From the NCBI GenBank assembly GCA_965216635.1, contig OZ244188.1:1344001-1408000 (forward strand): a DNA stretch of 64,000 bases. The letters run 5' to 3'. This document shows, piece after piece, positions 59,577-64,000 of the stretch (positions are counted from its first letter, which is position 1; every line of letters begins with the position of its first letter). The notes beneath the pieces were generated by a model. The model did no database searches. It saw only the letters and a program-made list of their open reading frames with translations, and had not been told where the DNA came from. The stretch comes from a bacterium (lineage in GTDB: Bacteria > SAR324 > XYD2-FULL-50-16 > G965216635). The position numbers and the translations under genes were made by a program.

Positions 59577-60737
59577 ATGGAAAATAATTTTATCTTTACT
59601 TCAGAATCTGTCACGGAAGGACATCCAGATAAGATCGCAGACCAAATCTCAGATCAAATACTAGACGAGTTTCTAAAAAAAGACCCTGATTCTAAAGTGG
59701 CATGCGAATGCTTAATCAAAAGTGGCTTAGTAGTCTTGGCGGGAGAAGTAACTTCTAAGGCTAGCATAGATTATTTGCAAGTAGTCAAAAACAAATTGCA
59801 TTCCATAGGCTACACTGGAAAAGAATGGGGTTTTGACATAGACCAATGCGCTATTGTTGTCAATATCAATACTCAATCCCCTGATATAGCTTTGGGAGTA
59901 GAAAAAACTAAAAATAAACAACAAGGAGCTGGCGATCAAGGTTTGATGTTTGGCTATGCGACAAATGAAACCAAAGAGTTAATGCCTATGCCTATTTTTT
60001 TGGCGCATAGTCTTGCTAAAAGATTGGCTCTCGTTAGAAAAAATAAAATTTTACCTTATCTAGGTCCTGATGGAAAAACCCAAGTGAGCGTAGAATACGA
60101 AAATGGGAATGTAAAAAGAATAGATACTGTAGTCATTAGCTCACAGCACAAAGAAAATATTTCTTTATCTGAATTGGAAGATGCCTTAATTCAAGAGGTA
60201 GGCGAAAAAATAATTCCCAGCCATTTGATTGATAAAGAAACAAATTGGCATATCAACCCTACAGGAAAATTTGTTGTCGGAGGTCCTGAAGCAGACGCTG
60301 GATTGACGGGTAGAAAAATTATCGTGGATACTTATGGAGGTATGGGGAGGCACGGAGGTGGTGCTTTTTCTGGGAAAGACCCTTCCAAAGTGGATAGATC
60401 TTCTGCTTACGCTGCCCGCTATATTGCAAAAAATATTGTAGCTGCAGGATTGTTGGACGAATGCGAAGTACAGCTAGGTTACGCCATCGGTATCGCAGAA
60501 CCTGTGTCTATCAATATCAACTCTTTCTCCCAAACCAGTAAAATAAATATGGAAAAAATTATCCAGTTTGTCCGCAAGAATTGTCCTCTAGCCCCCGAAG
60601 AGGTAATAAAATATTTCCAATTAAAAAATCCGATTTATGCCAAAACTGCAACCTACGGACACTTTGGAAGAAAAGAATTTTCTTGGGAAAAAACAGACCT
60701 AGCAGTAAAACTAAAAAAAGCCTTCCAAGGATTATAG
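59577..60737 (+). CDS. metK: S-adenosylmethionine synthetase
   Basis: FTSESVTEGHPDK, GAGDQG, GGGAFSGKD. Confidence 0.98.
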   Translation: MENNFIFTSESVTEGHPDKIADQISDQILDEFLKKDPDSKVACECLIKSGLVVLAGEVTSKASIDYLQVVKNKLHSIGYTGKEWGFDIDQCAIVVNINTQSPDIALGVEKTKNKQQGAGDQGLMFGYATNETKELMPMPIFLAHSLAKRLALVRKNKILPYLGPDGKTQVSVEYENGNVKRIDTVVISSQHKENISLSELEDALIQEVGEKIIPSHLIDKETNWHINPTGKFVVGGPEADAGLTGRKIIVDTYGGMGRHGGGAFSGKDPSKVDRSSAYAARYIAKNIVAAGLLDECEVQLGYAIGIAEPVSININSFSQTSKINMEKIIQFVRKNCPLAPEEVIKYFQLKNPIYAKTATYGHFGRKEFSWEKTDLAVKLKKAFQGL

Positions 60738-61135
60738 TATAAAATGAATTTAAGCAAAGTAGACTCTAAAGCACAGGCAGTAAGGAAAACTACTAAAAGG
60801 TAGGCTGATGGTTGTAGTTTAGTAGGACATTTTGGTAGAAGGAAAAAAATAGACTAGACTTTTGAATTTGCCAAATAGGACAAAACCAGCTGTTTTGGCT
60901 AAACAAGCTTGACGCTTTTTATGGGCTATTTGTGAAACAGCCAAAGGGCTATTTCACAGTTCATTCTTGCTTAATGCAAGGTTTATAGTGTTTTTTACTA
61001 CGCCATTAAAAAAAATTTTTAACTCTTGCCATTTGTGAAGAAATGCTCTTCAGTATTCCAGCGAGCTAAAAAAAATTTTTGCACCTGTTATAACCATTTG
61101 GCTAGCCGTCACATCAGCGAAATTCAAAGGTCTAT

Positions 61136-61459
61136 AATATAGAAAAAGGAAGTATTTTGTGTACCGATAATGCAAGACATTATAAAAAAGTGCGAGGCTA
61201 TCATCACTTGCTAGTCAATCATAGCGTAGGAGAATTTGTAAAAGGAACAGCAAACACGAATGGTATGTAGGCTGTTTTAAAACGAGGTTATAATGGGACT
61301 TTTCACCATTTCAGTAGAAAACACATTGACAGTTATGTAGACGAATTTACTTTTAGATTAAATGAATGTAGTGTTAAGATACCTACAATGGAACGAGTAG
61401 AAAATATGTGTAAAGTTTTGAAAGGAAAAAGACTTACTTATAAACAATTAACAAAATAG
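61136..61459 (+). pseudogene. IS1595-family transposase C-terminal remnant
   Basis: GSILCTD...VNHSVGEFVKG.ANTNGM*AVLKRGYNGTFHHFSRKHIDSYVDEFTFRLN...GKRLTYKQL; internal stop 61268; 5' end cut by MITE. Confidence 0.88.
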
Positions 61460-61464
61460 AAAAG

Positions 61465-61917
61465 ATGATGAATAAAGAAAATGAGAGAAATCTATTTGCT
61501 AGGGCTAATGCTATATTGAAAGGTTGCGAAGATAAAGTAGGAACCATTACTAATTTAAAATTACAGAAACTTTTATACCTAAGTTATATAGAACATATTA
61601 GAATGGGTGGAAGTGAATTAGATTATTTAAAATTTGAAGCGTGGAAATACGGACCTGTTAATAGGGGAGCGTATGATATGTGTAAGAGTTATGGTTATTA
61701 CCCAATAGAAACAACTATAGAATTTGAAAATGAAAGACCTTTATTGATTAATGATGATTCTATTACAAGAACATTAGAGAAATATGCAAATAAAAATGCT
61801 TTTTACCTAGTTAATGAAACTCACGATGATGCTTGGTTGGAAACTATAAAAGCAGGTGAAAATCAAGAGATTAAATACGAAAGAATAAAAAATCTAGTAT
61901 TAAAAAAGGGGGTCTAG
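61465..61917 (+). CDS. Panacea (SocA/DUF4065) antitoxin domain protein
   Basis: ITNLKLQKLLY, FEAWKYGPV, LVNETH..AW. Confidence 0.88.
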   Translation: MMNKENERNLFARANAILKGCEDKVGTITNLKLQKLLYLSYIEHIRMGGSELDYLKFEAWKYGPVNRGAYDMCKSYGYYPIETTIEFENERPLLINDDSITRTLEKYANKNAFYLVNETHDDAWLETIKAGENQEIKYERIKNLVLKKGV

Positions 61918-61918
61918 T

Positions 61919-62149
61919 TTGTCTCAAATAGTAAAAGTTGACAAAAAGTTAAAGAGTAAAAAAGTGTCTGAACAAGATAGATTTGTTACATTAAAATATA
62001 TCTTATGGATGTTCATTGTTACTTGGATTATTTCAAACTATTTAAGCCATTTGGATTATTTTAATAATGAATATTTTCGTTATTTTACTAGTTCACTCTC
62101 CTTATTTATAACGACTATTATCGGTGTTATAATAGGTTCTAAAATTTAG
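61919..62149 (+). CDS. Small 2-TM protein, candidate toxin partner of Panacea
   Basis: TTG start 1 nt after Panacea stop; two hydrophobic helices. Confidence 0.55.
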   Translation: MSQIVKVDKKLKSKKVSEQDRFVTLKYILWMFIVTWIISNYLSHLDYFNNEYFRYFTSSLSLFITTIIGVIIGSKI

Positions 62150-62206
62150 TTTTTAAAAAGAAATGAAAAAATTACTAAGGTGATTTGTAAATAAAGTAAA
62201 AAATAT

Positions 62207-62333
62207 GGATGAACAAAAATTATTACAAGACATAAAAAGTATTTTTGAAAAAAGATTTACTTCATTAGAGAGTTCATTCAATAAGAGATTTACCCATTAG
62301 AAAAAAGATTTACTTCATTAGAAACTACAGTAA
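62207..62333 (+). pseudogene. Fragment of coiled-coil repeat protein
   Basis: MDEQKLLQDIKSIFEKRFTSLE.., repeated KRFTSLE with a frameshift. Confidence 0.35.
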
Positions 62334-62666
62334 TTCTTTCAAAATAAATAAAATAGAAAAGGTAGGCTGATGGTTGTAGTTTGGTAGAACATTTTGGTAG
62401 AAGGAAAAAAATAGACTAGACTTTTGAATTTGCCAAATAGGACAAAACCAGCTGTTTTGGCTAGACTTTGGTAAAGTCTAGCTGAACTAGGAAAAGCTCT
62501 AGTCTCATTATGTTTTGTTTGACATCAATGCTATATTTGGCTAGGCTTTGGTAAAGTTTAGCTAAACTAGACACAACCTAGACAAACTAGGAGACAAACT
62601 AGGAAAATGTTTTTTATAAGCCTTTGAATTTCTTAGAAATTCAAAAGGCTATTTTAATTTAAACTT

Positions 62667-62722
62667 AGACCTTTGAATTTGCATTTTGTTTAGTCTAAAC
62701 AGAACGCAAATTCAATAGTCTC
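62667..62722. mobile_element. Collapsed MITE (ends only); related hairpin at 62618-62650
   Basis: TAGACCTTTGAATTTGC ... GCAAATTCAATAGTCTC. Confidence 0.7.
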
Positions 62723-62738
62723 AAACTAAAAAAAAATC

Positions 62739-63926
62739 ATGCAAGGAATATCAAAAAGAGCGTTAAAAATGCCTCTTAAAAATTATAAGACAAAAGTAGC
62801 TCAATCTAATCAATGGGCTGGTTTTCAATGGGCTAGACAACGGGCTGGATTCCAATGGACATTACTGCTAGGTGTGGTTTTGTTGAGTTTTCAGTTTGTA
62901 GGAAAGGGTCTACAGGCGCAGGACAGCCAAACAAGTAAAATTGGTAAAGGTGGTTGGTTTATTGGGTTAACTCCCTATGCTTTGGGTCTTTCGGAGTCAA
63001 AGACTTCTGTTCGTATAACAGGTGTTACTCCTATAGGCGTCACAACAGATAGTGGGGCTGGATTTAGCTTTAAGGCTGTAGCTCCTAGTGATACAGACTT
63101 GGGTCTTGCTAATAGTCAAGTTCACGCACAAGCAGCAGCCGAAAGTCTTTGTAAGACTGGTTTTGCGAACGCAGACAGAAGCAATACTAATTTTGAACTT
63201 TCCCAATTCGCCCTAGCTGATGGAACAACTGATTTTACACGCTACTCAACACGTAGTTTCACACACTGTAGAGATCATTTTGCTGGGCTTTTTTCCGATG
63301 CTAGCCAAGAAGATGTACCATTCCAATCGCCAAAAGCCTCCCCAAAACCAGCGACAGCAAAATGGAGCGGTGCCGGCTTGCACTTCGGCTGGCAGTTTCC
63401 CGAGGGAGATAGAGTAGGATTGCAGATACACAACTGGAAAGGAGGGGATACCGAAATAAGTAGCCAGATTGCAATGTATGATTATTTTTTCTCCAAAGGC
63501 TTTTATGCGGGAGTAGGCGTTGGAACTCTGCAACTCAAAGCACTAGGAAAAACAGAAAGCCAAAGAGCAACAGCTGTGAATCTGGGTTGGCAGTATTCTA
63601 TTAAGGAGAATCTCAAGTTGGAATTAGGCTACCTCCTTTTGAACGGTGAGGTAAGCGTTAAAAAAGAAACCAGAGCAACCAGAAATGTAGTGATTTCCAG
63701 AGCAGTAGTGGAAGCACAAGTTGTGTATGTGGGGTTTAACTATATCATAAATGGTTCTGCCCCATCCTGTAGCGGAGTTGGGTGTTCTTTACTGAACAAT
63801 GGAGTAAGAGTTACTAGCGAGCCACTCACTCAGGAAATATCACAAGAACACGAAGTAATAGAAACCCAAGAAGTAACAGTCTCCAAACCATCTGTGATCT
63901 ATATCCGCTTGAGCCTCAGCTTTTAA
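62739..63926 (+). CDS. Divergent member of the variable OMP family
   Basis: GLQAQ cleavage region, GGWFIG strand, Cys pairs, MYDYFFSKGFYAGVG, C-terminal IYIRLSLSF. Confidence 0.7.
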   Translation: MQGISKRALKMPLKNYKTKVAQSNQWAGFQWARQRAGFQWTLLLGVVLLSFQFVGKGLQAQDSQTSKIGKGGWFIGLTPYALGLSESKTSVRITGVTPIGVTTDSGAGFSFKAVAPSDTDLGLANSQVHAQAAAESLCKTGFANADRSNTNFELSQFALADGTTDFTRYSTRSFTHCRDHFAGLFSDASQEDVPFQSPKASPKPATAKWSGAGLHFGWQFPEGDRVGLQIHNWKGGDTEISSQIAMYDYFFSKGFYAGVGVGTLQLKALGKTESQRATAVNLGWQYSIKENLKLELGYLLLNGEVSVKKETRATRNVVISRAVVEAQVVYVGFNYIINGSAPSCSGVGCSLLNNGVRVTSEPLTQEISQEHEVIETQEVTVSKPSVIYIRLSLSF

Positions 63927-63935
63927 GAACCTGCA

Positions 63936-63972
63936 GGGGACATTTTTTTTGCTTTGCAAAAAATGTGTCCCC
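63936..63972 (+). terminator. Imperfect hairpin after OMP gene
   Basis: GGGGACATTTTTTTGC-TTT-GCAAAAAATGTGTCCCC. Confidence 0.45.
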
Positions 63973-64000
63973 GTTCTTAAAGAAGAACCTTTTCGTCAAA

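Larger units (their letters stand above)
60795..62463. mobile_element. Islet bounded by 107-bp direct repeats (60795-60901, 62357-62463) that include a MITE left end; MITE 60855-61134
   Basis: Two near-identical blocks starting AAAAGGTAGGCTGATGG (2 mismatches seen). Confidence 0.8.

Noticed and set aside
1..64000. tRNA or rRNA genes
   Set aside because: None recognised by eye; a tRNAscan/Infernal run would be needed to exclude them.

Overview
AT-rich bacterial chromosome segment. The taxon cannot be determined from the sequence. The housekeeping backbone is lptD (partial), murG, lolC/E-lolD-bamA, ftsH, ygfZ, a class II DAHP synthase, glyQS, ribH, xseA, proA, rplM-rpsI, yebC-ruvC-ruvA, ssb and metK. 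The main accessory features are: (1) a type VI-A CRISPR locus with no cas1/cas2 in the window, comprising a 14-repeat array and a ~1124-aa Cas13a split by one frameshift, with a triplicated promoter and a divergent PLD-fold-like gene; (2) five paralogous beta-barrel outer-membrane proteins with variable loops, three of them in a tandem array, with poly-T promoters and REP-like hairpin arrays; (3) about 13 copies of a palindromic MITE family, one inserted in a lipoprotein signal peptide and some bracketing toxin-antitoxin cargo; (4) ribosomal protein S9 with a ~495-aa repetitive N-terminal extension; (5) a pseudaminic acid cluster, HEPN-MNT, HicBA and Panacea modules, an IS1595 remnant and many short tandem duplications. 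All calls come from reading motifs by eye; no database searches were run.
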